58,092 nucleotides of DNA from Dehalococcoidia bacterium (lineage in GTDB: Bacteria > Chloroflexota > Dehalococcoidia > GIF9 > JAUXIO01), in the NCBI GenBank assembly GCA_030620975.1, contig JAUXIO010000001.1, forward strand, positions 1 through 58,092, in the 5' to 3' direction. The translations under genes were made by a program, and so were the position numbers. Within the stretch, counting starts at the first letter, position 1. Every line of letters starts with the position of its first letter. Below the pieces are notes generated by a model. That model ran no database searches. It saw only the letters and a list, made by a program, of their open reading frames with translations, and was not told where the DNA came from. Positions 1 through 7,583 of the stretch are shown in pieces.

Positions 1-1239
1 AAGAGGTTAAATGACCTTATAAGCGCTGCGGTTGAGTTCGATGAAAACGATGGCCGCGATTGTAATGATTTCTTACATTTTATCGACAAGTATGAAGTAC
101 ATGAACTTGCCACTGGAAATGCTGTGCGTGTTATGACTATCCATCAGTCCAAGGGCCTGGGTTTTGATATTGTCATATTACCTGATTTACAGGAGGGTAA
201 CATGACAAAGGCAAGCCAGATTGACCTTGTAGTAGCTCGTGAGCCCAGGACTGCTCGCCCCCTGTGGGCATTGAAGATGCCCCGTAGGGTTATAGCTGAA
301 AACGACCCTGTCCTGGCTACACAGGTGCGGGCAAGCAACGAAACGGAGTGTTTTGATGCCCTGTGCCTGTTGTATGTGGCGTTGACTCGAGCCAGGCAGG
401 GGCTCTACATGGTTACCAGCTTTCCGGGAAAGAGTGCTGCTGCTATGACTCCTGCCGCTTTGCTGAAGTTACAGATGGCAGGAGATATGAAGCCAGCCGA
501 TGGGCCACATGTCACAATCGATGGCGAGGAACTTATTTGCCTCTATGAGACGGGTGAGCGTGATTGGTATACTAAGGTGACTGCGAAGGGACCGCTTGCT
601 GAATCCACTGAACGACGTGAGTTGCCAGAGGGATTTGTGGAACGACCTTCGCGGAGGCGGAGGCTGCTTGGTATATCACCGTCGATGTTTGAGGAAGGCG
701 AGATAAGGGCTGATTCGCTGTTTGCGATTGCTGCTCGTGATAGCATGGAGGTGGGTACAGCCATACATGAACTCTTTGAAAAGGTATCCTGGATCAATGA
801 AGTGGATAATGAAAAGATAATTCAGGAATGGCGAGGGACATCGTCAGTGGTGGAGGAAATAAAGCAAAGGGCCATTGAGCAGTTTCGACAGGCACTTGCT
901 TTTGCAGATGTCCGACAAGCCTTGTCTAAGCCTGAAGGCAATGTTGATTTATGGCGCGAGAAGCATTTCGAGATCGTGCTTGATGACCAGTGGGTAACCG
1001 GTGTTTTCGACCGTGTTACTATTGTGCGAGGTCTGGATAACAAGATATTAGGGGCTACTGTTCTGGATTTCAAAAGTGATGAGGTCACGAATGAGGCTGA
1101 GTTGAATGATAGGGCAGAACGATACCGCTTGCAACTATCTATTTACGGGAAAGCCCTATCCCGGATGCTACGTATTGACCCTTCCCAAGTCACACTCCGT
1201 CTTCTGTTCACCTGCCCGGGCAAAGTGTACGACCTGTGA
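1..1239 (+). CDS. UvrD/AddA-type helicase-nuclease, C-terminal part (5' end outside window)
   Basis: Frame 1 is open from nt 1 into the listed ORF at 124. It carries helicase motif VI-like VMTIHQSKGLGFDIVILPD and LLYVALTRARQGLY. A RecB/Cas4-type PD-(D/E)XK signature follows (GVFDRV, VLDFKSD, QLSIYGKAL). Confidence 0.75.
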   Translation, partial: KRLNDLISAAVEFDENDGRDCNDFLHFIDKYEVHELATGNAVRVMTIHQSKGLGFDIVILPDLQEGNMTKASQIDLVVAREPRTARPLWALKMPRRVIAENDPVLATQVRASNETECFDALCLLYVALTRARQGLYMVTSFPGKSAAAMTPAALLKLQMAGDMKPADGPHVTIDGEELICLYETGERDWYTKVTAKGPLAESTERRELPEGFVERPSRRRRLLGISPSMFEEGEIRADSLFAIAARDSMEVGTAIHELFEKVSWINEVDNEKIIQEWRGTSSVVEEIKQRAIEQFRQALAFADVRQALSKPEGNVDLWREKHFEIVLDDQWVTGVFDRVTIVRGLDNKILGATVLDFKSDEVTNEAELNDRAERYRLQLSIYGKALSRMLRIDPSQVTLRLLFTCPGKVYDL

Positions 1240-1284
1240 TGCCCAACAGAAGTGCGATATTGTGGTCTAGTCAGGAAGTATCTA

Positions 1285-1530
1285 CTAGCCTACATCTGTG
1301 GTGCAGTCCATTTTTTGCTGACGCCGGACACAAATCAGCGAACGATCAGGACTATGACGTGATAGAAGTCTATTGTAGTTGGCCAATTGTACTTTGGGGC
1401 GTAATGTTACCTTAGGGGGGGGCTGCGTTTCATAGCTAGCGTAGATTTCTCTGACAGCATCCTGCACTCGCTTATTAGTTCTATAGAGTGCTTCTTGATA
1501 AAGGGCATTCATATTTAATAAATTCTGCAT
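1285..1530 (-). CDS. hypothetical protein (weak call)
   Basis: This 81-aa ORF is the only ORF in the 1240-1582 gap. No motif recognised and no clear SD. Confidence 0.2.
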   Translation of the reverse strand: MQNLLNMNALYQEALYRTNKRVQDAVREIYASYETQPPPKVTLRPKVQLANYNRLLSRHSPDRSLICVRRQQKMDCTTDVG

Positions 1531-1588
1531 GGAAAGCGCCTATGGTAAAATTAAAGGTGTCTATTAACGAGTTACGCCGGTATTGCCA

Positions 1589-2605
1589 ATGATGCCTATA
1601 GTGTCTACGGATCCAGGCTATATTGCTCTATTTAACTCTGGCGAATTGGAGCGCCGTGCTAATGTACTTGAAGAACGGTTAGCCTCATGTGATATCTGCC
1701 CCAGGGAATGTCATGTCAATCGATTACAAAATGAGCTGGGTTTTTGCCATTCGGGTCATCTCCCCATAGTCTCAGCGGTCTGTGCTCATCAGGGAGAAGA
1801 ACCTGTTATATCGGGAAGCAGGGGGTCAGGTGCAATATTCTTTGGCAATTGCAATATGAGGTGTGTTTATTGCCAGAACTACCAGATAAGTCAGAATTGG
1901 AAAAAGCAAAAATCAAAGCAGATAGATTGCCATTCCCTTGCCCAAAGTATGCTCTACCTTCAGGATGAACTAAGCTGCCACAATATTAATTTTGTTTCAC
2001 CCTCTCACTTTGTTCCCCAGCTGGTTAGGGCAGTCCTAGAAGCTGTGCCTATGGGGCTTCGAGTGCCACTAGTATATAACACTAACAGCTATGATTCTAT
2101 TGCCTCTCTGAAAGAGCTTGACGGTATAATAAGTATTTACCTGCCTGACTTAAGATATGCCTCTGATGATTGGGCTAAAAAACTCTCGCATACTCCAGAT
2201 TATGTAGCACGAGCTCGCCAAGCTATCAAAGAGATGTATAGGCAAGTTGGGAATCTGATGCTGGATGAGTTCGGACTGGCACAACGTGGATTGATTGTGC
2301 GCCATCTTATTCTGCCCAACGGGCTGGCGGGTAGTGAGGAATCATTAATTTGGCTAGCTCGAGAGCTTTCTCCCACGGTGACGGTTAGCATAATGTCTCA
2401 ATACTCACCGTTACATCGGGCTCAGCGAATTCCATTGCTTTCCAGAAAGATTTCAGTAGTTGAGTATGAGGCGGTTCTCTATTTACTATATGACATGGGA
2501 ATAGAAAATGGCTGGATCCAGGAAATGGGAGCAGCGGGGAATTACATCCCTGACTTTGAACGGGAAGGCCATCCTTTCTTTGCCACTCCTAAAAGACAGA
2601 AATGA
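1589..2605 (+). CDS. radical SAM protein, PflX/COG1313-like (pyruvate formate-lyase activase-related)
   Basis: CNMRCVYCQN CX3CX2C motif, plus an N-terminal CDICPRECHVNR...GFC cluster typical of this family. The ATG at 1589 is preferred over the TTG at 1583. Confidence 0.8.
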   Translation: MMPIVSTDPGYIALFNSGELERRANVLEERLASCDICPRECHVNRLQNELGFCHSGHLPIVSAVCAHQGEEPVISGSRGSGAIFFGNCNMRCVYCQNYQISQNWKKQKSKQIDCHSLAQSMLYLQDELSCHNINFVSPSHFVPQLVRAVLEAVPMGLRVPLVYNTNSYDSIASLKELDGIISIYLPDLRYASDDWAKKLSHTPDYVARARQAIKEMYRQVGNLMLDEFGLAQRGLIVRHLILPNGLAGSEESLIWLARELSPTVTVSIMSQYSPLHRAQRIPLLSRKISVVEYEAVLYLLYDMGIENGWIQEMGAAGNYIPDFEREGHPFFATPKRQK

Positions 2606-2853
2606 CACTACTTTTCCACCTCTCTTAATATCACCCTTGGTGTTTGCCCGCTATGTAATTGAATGTAAACCCAAATTGATGATGTAATATGACTCTAGTT
2701 TCTGGGGTATAAAAATTGAGGAAATAGAGTTGTGAACAATGTCGGGGGGCAGGTCACATGAACTGCACAAAAGGCCCGAATGTTTACTGAGGAAGGGTAG
2801 ATAACTTATAATCCAGCAAGTATCAGACTTGAGCGATAAAGGAGGGGAAAATT

Positions 2854-3702
2854 ATGGCAGTGCAAATAGTTACTGATAGCACTTCTGACCTGCCTGATGA
2901 ACTGGCTCAGGAGTTAGGAATTGCGGTGGTACCCATATACGTGCGTTTTGGCAATGAGGTTTTTCGAGATGGTCTGGATATCACTGACGAGCAGTTCTAC
3001 CAACGGTTAACTACTAATTCTGTCCATCCGGCTACTGTCCAGCCAGGACCGCAAGACTTTCTTGAAGTCTACCAGAAACTGTCACCAGAGCCCGATGGTA
3101 TTGTTTCCATCCACCTGAGCAGCAAGCTGAGTGGCACCTATAATTCAGCCTTGCTAGCCAAGCAAATGATAGCCAGTGAACATCCCATCGAGGTGATTGA
3201 TACCCAAACGGTGACCGTAAGTTTAGGTCTAATAAGCATGGCAGCGGCTAGAATAGCCAAAGCGGGGGGAAGTCTGGAGGACGTGTTGACTGAGATAAAC
3301 CAAGCTATCCCCAACACACACTTGCTGGGTCTCCTTGATACCCTCAAGTACCTGCTTCTGGGTGGACGTATAGGTAAGGCTAAGGCACTAGTAGGTTCAG
3401 TACTGGGCATAAAGCCAGTGCTTACCGTACAGGACGGGGAGGTAACACCAGCAGGCCAAGTCCGCACCCGGAGTAGAGGGGTGGAGCGGCTAATTGATGC
3501 AGTAAAGAATGCCTCAAATATCCAAGATTTGGCCATCGCGTACACCACTACAGCTGACGAAGCCCAGAACCTAGCTGAGCAGCTATCTTCCATATTTACT
3601 AAGGAATCGATTAAAGTAATCAGGATAGGCCCTACATTAGGAACACACTTAGGCCCAGGGGCATTGATTGTAGCTTTTAGGGAAGGAGTAGAAAGGGGGT
3701 AA
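2854..3702 (+). CDS. degV: DegV family fatty-acid-binding protein
   Basis: Begins VQIVTDSTSDLP, followed by SIHLSSKLSGTYNSA and DTLKYLLLGGRIGKA. A strong SD (AAAGGAGGGG) lies upstream. Confidence 0.85.
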   Translation: MAVQIVTDSTSDLPDELAQELGIAVVPIYVRFGNEVFRDGLDITDEQFYQRLTTNSVHPATVQPGPQDFLEVYQKLSPEPDGIVSIHLSSKLSGTYNSALLAKQMIASEHPIEVIDTQTVTVSLGLISMAAARIAKAGGSLEDVLTEINQAIPNTHLLGLLDTLKYLLLGGRIGKAKALVGSVLGIKPVLTVQDGEVTPAGQVRTRSRGVERLIDAVKNASNIQDLAIAYTTTADEAQNLAEQLSSIFTKESIKVIRIGPTLGTHLGPGALIVAFREGVERG

Positions 3703-3733
3703 AGAGCGGAATGCACCCCGTTAGAACTGGACT

Positions 3734-3756
3734 GAGGGATAAGTTATAGTTAGGCC
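3734..3756. repeat. left copy of an imperfect ~20-nt direct repeat (gagggataagttatagttaggcc)
   Basis: It matches 6527-6546 (gagggctaaatagttaggct): 18 of 19 aligned positions plus one 3-nt indel, including an exact 10-mer atagttaggc. Confidence 0.3.
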
Positions 3757-3780
3757 ACAGGGAATGGGGGAGCAAGAATC

Positions 3781-4224
3781 ATGACACAAGATTTGTCACA
3801 AGAATTTATTTTTTCAAAAGAAGTTATCAAACAAAACGCACCTACTTCACCTGGTATTTATAAAATCCTTCAGTTACCAGAATACCAACGGTATGAAGGC
3901 AGAACTAGAGTTCTAAAGATCGGACAGTCAGGTTCGGACTTGCAAGCTGAACTTCTGAATCATTTTGCCCGGCATACTACAGCAAATCGTTTAGCACGTA
4001 TTCAGAAACGTTCCGGAGTGCAGGTAACTTTCAAACATATGATTCTTGACTCAGAAGATGCACAAAAAGAAGAGAAATCCTTTTTGCGTCAATTCGAGGA
4101 TAAGCATTGGGATCTCCCGCTACTGAATTCAAAAAGAGGATATGTTCGAGATGAGGACAGGCACTATAGGGTAAAAGTAGTAGCGCAATCAATGCCTCAA
4201 ACATTTTATTCAGGTCTGTGTTAA
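3781..4224 (+). CDS. GIY-YIG-like nuclease superfamily protein (degenerate YIG)
   Basis: PGIYKILQ, then VLKIGQSG after about 15 aa, with later Arg/Glu/Asn positions (KEEKSFLRQFEDKHWDLPLLNS) in GIY-YIG order. SD GGGGGAG lies 8 nt upstream. Confidence 0.55.
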   Translation: MTQDLSQEFIFSKEVIKQNAPTSPGIYKILQLPEYQRYEGRTRVLKIGQSGSDLQAELLNHFARHTTANRLARIQKRSGVQVTFKHMILDSEDAQKEEKSFLRQFEDKHWDLPLLNSKRGYVRDEDRHYRVKVVAQSMPQTFYSGLC

Positions 4225-4316
4225 CTAACCAATTCCCGACTGAATTGAACAAAAGGGCGTTATGTGCAATCCACTGCATCTGGTGGAGCGGAGAAATCCT
4301 GAAACACCTGATACCA

Positions 4317-4343
4317 TTGACATGAGCGGGGGAAAACTATAAT
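4317..4343 (+). promoter_or_regulatory. sigma70-like promoter (TTGACA, 15-nt spacer, TATAAT)
   Basis: Both hexamers are exact consensus (4317-4322 and 4338-4343). The spacer is short at 15 nt. It lies in an otherwise ORF-poor stretch. Confidence 0.3.
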
Positions 4344-4415
4344 TTGACTTGAAGAGAATGTTGGGGAAAATGAGCAGGTAATTACTGAGAAGAGATTAAA
4401 GATGGGGGTATAGAC

Positions 4416-4505
4416 GTGGGTACTAAAGGAAGAAAAAGTGTGAAAAAACCCAAGAAGCAAGTATTGGAAAAGAAAGCACAGAAGGCAGAACAAAAGAAGA
4501 GATAA
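4416..4505 (+). CDS. possible 29-aa lysine-rich micro-protein (speculative)
   Basis: A GTG start preceded by GGGGG encodes (M)GTKGRKSVKKPKKQVLEKKAQKAEQKKR. It lies about 70 nt downstream of the 4317 promoter-like site. It is below the ORF-track size cut-off. Confidence 0.15.
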   Translation: MGTKGRKSVKKPKKQVLEKKAQKAEQKKR

Positions 4506-4885
4506 ACGTACCCATAATGGGATTTAAATAATACTGGTACCCAGGCGTGACAATCGCCTGTTGCTCAGTAGGTAACAAAAGTCCATTTTGTTCAATTCCA
4601 TCTCCCTCTCCAAAGTTGTAGCTACATTCCGCACGCCCAGAAACTCTGTTTTAGGCGTGAAAACTCTACCTGTAATTTAGATGCCCTTGCTGAGCATTCG
4701 TGGCGAGTGATTAATGGGTATACCCCCTGCCTAAGAGTTAGAGCTAGAGTTATCTTCTTCCCAGTCATCTCTCTACCTTCTTACAACTGTGGGGATCAGC
4801 AGCGGAGCTGGAGCCAAGTCACATCATTGTGTAAGTTCGTTGATTCCAGCTTTGTCGCCTCTATCCATTTTTTGTAGAAATATAC

Positions 4886-4914
4886 TTGACAAATGCTAAG
4901 TCCTATGCTATACT
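4886..4914 (+). promoter_or_regulatory. sigma70-like promoter (TTGACA, 17-nt spacer, TATACT)
   Basis: -35 at 4886-4891 and -10 at 4909-4914, about 34 nt upstream of the ATG at 4948. Confidence 0.5.
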
Positions 4915-4947
4915 TGTTTGTAACAAGTGGTTATAGGGGGTGTAGCA

Positions 4948-5406
4948 ATGCCAGTCGTAAGAATTAGCGAGGAACTCTTCAAGGAAATCCAGAAATATGC
5001 AGAGCCGTTGGTTGACAACTTCGAAACTGCATTGTGGAAGGCTCTAAGGTCTGCCAGAAAGGACACTGTAGTAATACCTGCTGAACAAAAATTGCACACA
5101 AGAGGAAACCTGACCCCTCAGAGAGCCTTCTGGAAACCTATCTTGGAAGCCATAGTTGAAGAGGGTGAGCAAGCATCTGCTCAGAAGGTTGTTGAAGTAG
5201 TTGAGAGAAAGATGAAAAATCAGCTAAAGCTAGAAGACCTTGCACTAAACCGTGACGGTACAACCAAATGGATAAAGGCAGTACATTATCAGAGATTGGC
5301 AATGGTTCATGAAGGGTTGTTAGCGAGTGACTCACCTCGCGGTATCTGGTCGACAACCGATAAAGGAAGGCAGTGGCTATCTGAAAATGACATCATGGAA
5401 CGTTAA
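4948..5406 (+). CDS. Mrr_N-like winged-helix protein with a short N-terminal RHH-like segment
   Basis: ATG at 4948 with SD AGGGGG 7 nt upstream (the track ORF begins at a GTG at 4927). The C-terminal pattern PILEAIVEEGE..S..KVVEVVERKM..LKLEDL..NRDGTTKWIKAVHYQRLAMVHEGLLASDSPRGIWSTTDKGRQWL fits Mrr_N-type wHTH domains. Confidence 0.6.
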   Translation: MPVVRISEELFKEIQKYAEPLVDNFETALWKALRSARKDTVVIPAEQKLHTRGNLTPQRAFWKPILEAIVEEGEQASAQKVVEVVERKMKNQLKLEDLALNRDGTTKWIKAVHYQRLAMVHEGLLASDSPRGIWSTTDKGRQWLSENDIMER

Positions 5407-5408
5407 AT

Positions 5409-6119
5409 ATGACTACGATCTATAAAGAAATGGAGAAATGTGTTGTATGCGGAAAGACGAGTGAGCATACAAAATGGGGCTCGACAAACGCCTGTGGGTC
5501 GACTGACCTAGATACGAGACCGCCCGAAATGGAGAGGTCCACTATCGACATGTGGATACAGACTTGTCCGTCATGTGGCTACTGTGCTCCAAGTATATCT
5601 GAGCGAATTAAAAAAGCATCGGAAGTGATTAATAGTAATTCTTATAGGCAGCAACTGAACAATCTGAAATTTCCAAAGCTGGCGAATGCTTTTTTCTGTT
5701 ATTCATTAATTCAGGAAAGTGCCGGCAGACACGCACATGCGGGATGGTCTAGCATTCACGCTGCTTGGGCATGTGACGATGATGGTTCAACTGCCAGTGC
5801 GCAAACATGTCGGAAAAGAGCCGTTAACCTATTACAAAAGGCAAGGGAAAGTAGTCAAAGGTTCGTGGAACAGCCCGGAGGAGAAGGAGCACTAATAGTT
5901 GACTTGCTACGAAGGGCAGGGCAGTTTGAAGAAGCTCTCAGGATCTGTGACAATGGATTGAAGAAAAAACCAGAAAAATTGCTCGCAGACATTTTACGTT
6001 TTGAGAAAATGCTTATTGGTGAAGCAGATAATACTTGTCATTTGCTTTCAGAGGCAACAAAGGAGAGTGAGAACGACGGAAACGCCATCGTTATCCTGAT
6101 AGGAAAGAGACAACTATGA
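5409..6119 (+). CDS. zinc-ribbon plus helical-repeat protein (DUF2225-like layout)
   Basis: Two CxxC pairs (CVVCGK ... CPSCGYC) are followed by an alpha-helical, TPR-like C-terminal half. It starts 2 nt after the upstream stop. Confidence 0.6.
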   Translation: MTTIYKEMEKCVVCGKTSEHTKWGSTNACGSTDLDTRPPEMERSTIDMWIQTCPSCGYCAPSISERIKKASEVINSNSYRQQLNNLKFPKLANAFFCYSLIQESAGRHAHAGWSSIHAAWACDDDGSTASAQTCRKRAVNLLQKARESSQRFVEQPGGEGALIVDLLRRAGQFEEALRICDNGLKKKPEKLLADILRFEKMLIGEADNTCHLLSEATKESENDGNAIVILIGKRQL

Positions 6120-6361
6120 CAACATCACCAGAAATGTGGGATATAATCTTGGGGAAGATGCCTAGACGCCACTGGATACTGCTTGAGGAAATCTACCGAT
6201 TGATTGAACATGAGGCGTCTTTGAGCAACGAAGATTTTGAACCTCAGTCTCCCAACTCAGACATCCCAAAGTGGAAGAGAAATGTACGAAATGTCTTGCA
6301 ATATCGGAAGACAACAGGTGACATCAGGTGGAACGGGAAGGCGGGGTATTATTTATCCTGA
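6116..6361 (+). CDS. small winged-helix protein (81 aa)
   Basis: ATGA start/stop overlap with the upstream gene. The LLEEIYRLIE...DIPKWKRNVRNVLQYRKTTGDIRWNGKAGYY pattern resembles wHTH modules attached to restriction and defence proteins. Confidence 0.55.
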   Translation: MTTSPEMWDIILGKMPRRHWILLEEIYRLIEHEASLSNEDFEPQSPNSDIPKWKRNVRNVLQYRKTTGDIRWNGKAGYYLS

Positions 6362-6526
6362 GGTGCTTTCCGAGGCTCCTGATGTCTCGGATCTGTTTGG
6401 AGCAGCAGGAATGCAATGGATGACAAAATTGCAGAATTGTGCAACGTAGATCACAGTAGCCTGATTTGTTACTTCTTGGTTGCAGGTCATATGCTTTATT
6501 GCTGCAATTACCCTTGATGGGAGTTG

Positions 6527-6546
6527 GAGGGCTAAATAGTTAGGCT
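6527..6546. repeat. right copy of the imperfect ~20-nt direct repeat
   Basis: See 3734-3756. Together the two copies bracket about 2.8 kb carrying the GIY-YIG gene and the three-gene cassette. Confidence 0.3.
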
Positions 6547-6874
6547 AAAAGCCAGTTCGAAAGTTCTACCTATTGTTACCCCAGCTCCACCAACAGTCAT
6601 AGAGACATTTTCTTATATCGTTTGATTAGTCCCAATTCCCGAGTTAGAATCGATATTTATATCGTTTTGAATGAAGATCTCTTATCGTCTTGCGGGGGGA
6701 ATGTGGAATTAAAGATATAAATGCAATGGCTATTACAAGGTTGTTAGATTGTCTATAGCAGTTGTCTTTCAGCGGAATGACCCTAATTCTCGTGCCAGCA
6801 AGAAGATGTCTCTGACTACCGTGCGGAGGCATTACTGGGTAATGGATATTTTAATCAGTATAGAGGGAGAATGC

Positions 6875-7290
6875 TCGACGATGGGCTTCACGTTTAGCAG
6901 CGACCCAGCCCAAGCTGCTGCCCTGGCAATGCGGCCGGTTCTTGCAAGATAGTAGAGAGTGTCCAATATAGCCAGGAAGCTTACCTTGTCAATCATGCTT
7001 CGTGTCACATTAGTCACTTGAGCTGGCGCTGCCCCCTGGCTGGCAATTCGGGCTGCTTCGAGGACAACAAATCCTAAGGCGCCGGATACGGCCCGGCTGT
7101 CAATTACCTCGATGGTGGCGTTGGGGATTACCTCTTTGGCCATTTCCCTAGCTACTAATGCTGTATTGAAGATCTTGCTCTGCAGGCCAGTGAGAGTGAT
7201 GCAGAGTATGCTCTCTGCCTTCTGGCTTAGCTGCTGGTAGGCATCTAGGAAATGTTTTGCTGATGGAGTTGAGGTGGTGGGCAGGTCTTT
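6875..7290 (-). pseudogene. DegV-family gene remnant, truncated at both ends
   Basis: The minus-strand reading PTTSTPSAKHFLDAYQQLSQKAESILCITLTGLQSKIFNTALVAREMAKEVIPNATIEVIDSRAVSG...DTLYYLARTGRIARAAAWAGSLLNVKPIV aligns to residues ~59-189 of the intact degV at 2854. A TGA lies directly upstream at 7291-7293. Homology is lost after KPIV (~6877). The N-terminal ~55 aa and C-terminal ~90 aa are missing. Confidence 0.7.
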
Positions 7291-7339
7291 TCAATTTCTT
7301 AGACAAATTTCCACTTGTAACCTATATCTTGGGGTAGTG

Positions 7340-7368
7340 TTGACCTTTTCTTTATTTATTGGTATTCT
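7340..7368 (+). promoter_or_regulatory. sigma70-like promoter (TTGACC, 17-nt spacer, TATTCT) for the riboswitch-btuC transcript
   Basis: Hexamers at 7340-7345 and 7363-7368, about 25 nt upstream of the riboswitch. Confidence 0.4.
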
Positions 7369-7392
7369 GTAGTCAAATTGAATAGTTTTTAA

Positions 7393-7530
7393 TCCGGGTG
7401 CCCGAACGCGAGAGAGGGCTTAAATGGAGAGCAAGCCGGTGCAATTCCGGCACAGTCCCGCCTGCTGTGATAGTCAGAACGCGGCCCGGATGCAGGTGAC
7501 TGCCTCCGCGAGTGAGGGGGTGGGATTTAT
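7393..7530 (+). promoter_or_regulatory. cobalamin (B12) riboswitch aptamer, copy 1
   Basis: The conserved core is ggcttaaatggagagcaagccGGTGcaATTCCGGcacaGTCCCGCctGCTGTgatagtcagaacgc, including a B12-box-like gtcccgcctgctgt. It sits 5' of a btuC-type permease and is nearly identical in its core to the copy at 15210. Confidence 0.85.
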
Positions 7531-7543
7531 TAATTTAAGTCTC

Positions 7544-7579
7544 AAAAATCCCCTTGTTCTCAAGGCAAGGGGATTTTTA
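7544..7579 (+). terminator. intrinsic terminator / expression platform of riboswitch 1
   Basis: Hairpin aaaatcccctTG-ttctcaagg-CAaggggatttt followed by TTTTT. The 3' arm contains the only SD-like sequence (aagggga) for the ATG at 7584. Confidence 0.6.
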
Positions 7580-7583
7580 TGTT

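Noticed and set aside
3138-3716. 192-aa minus-strand ORF antisense to degV
   Set aside because: It lies entirely within a well-supported plus-strand gene. It has a low-complexity Ser/Pro/Ala composition, typical of a shadow ORF, and no motif.
4260-4493. 77-aa minus-strand ORF (Phe/Ser/Leu-rich)
   Set aside because: It is the complement of a purine-rich (Lys-codon) stretch. It is a low-complexity shadow with no start context.
6644-6952. Small ORFs 6644-6832 (-) and 6749-6952 (+) at the island/degV-remnant junction
   Set aside because: No motifs and no SD. They overlap each other and the degV remnant, so they are most likely chance ORFs in decaying DNA.
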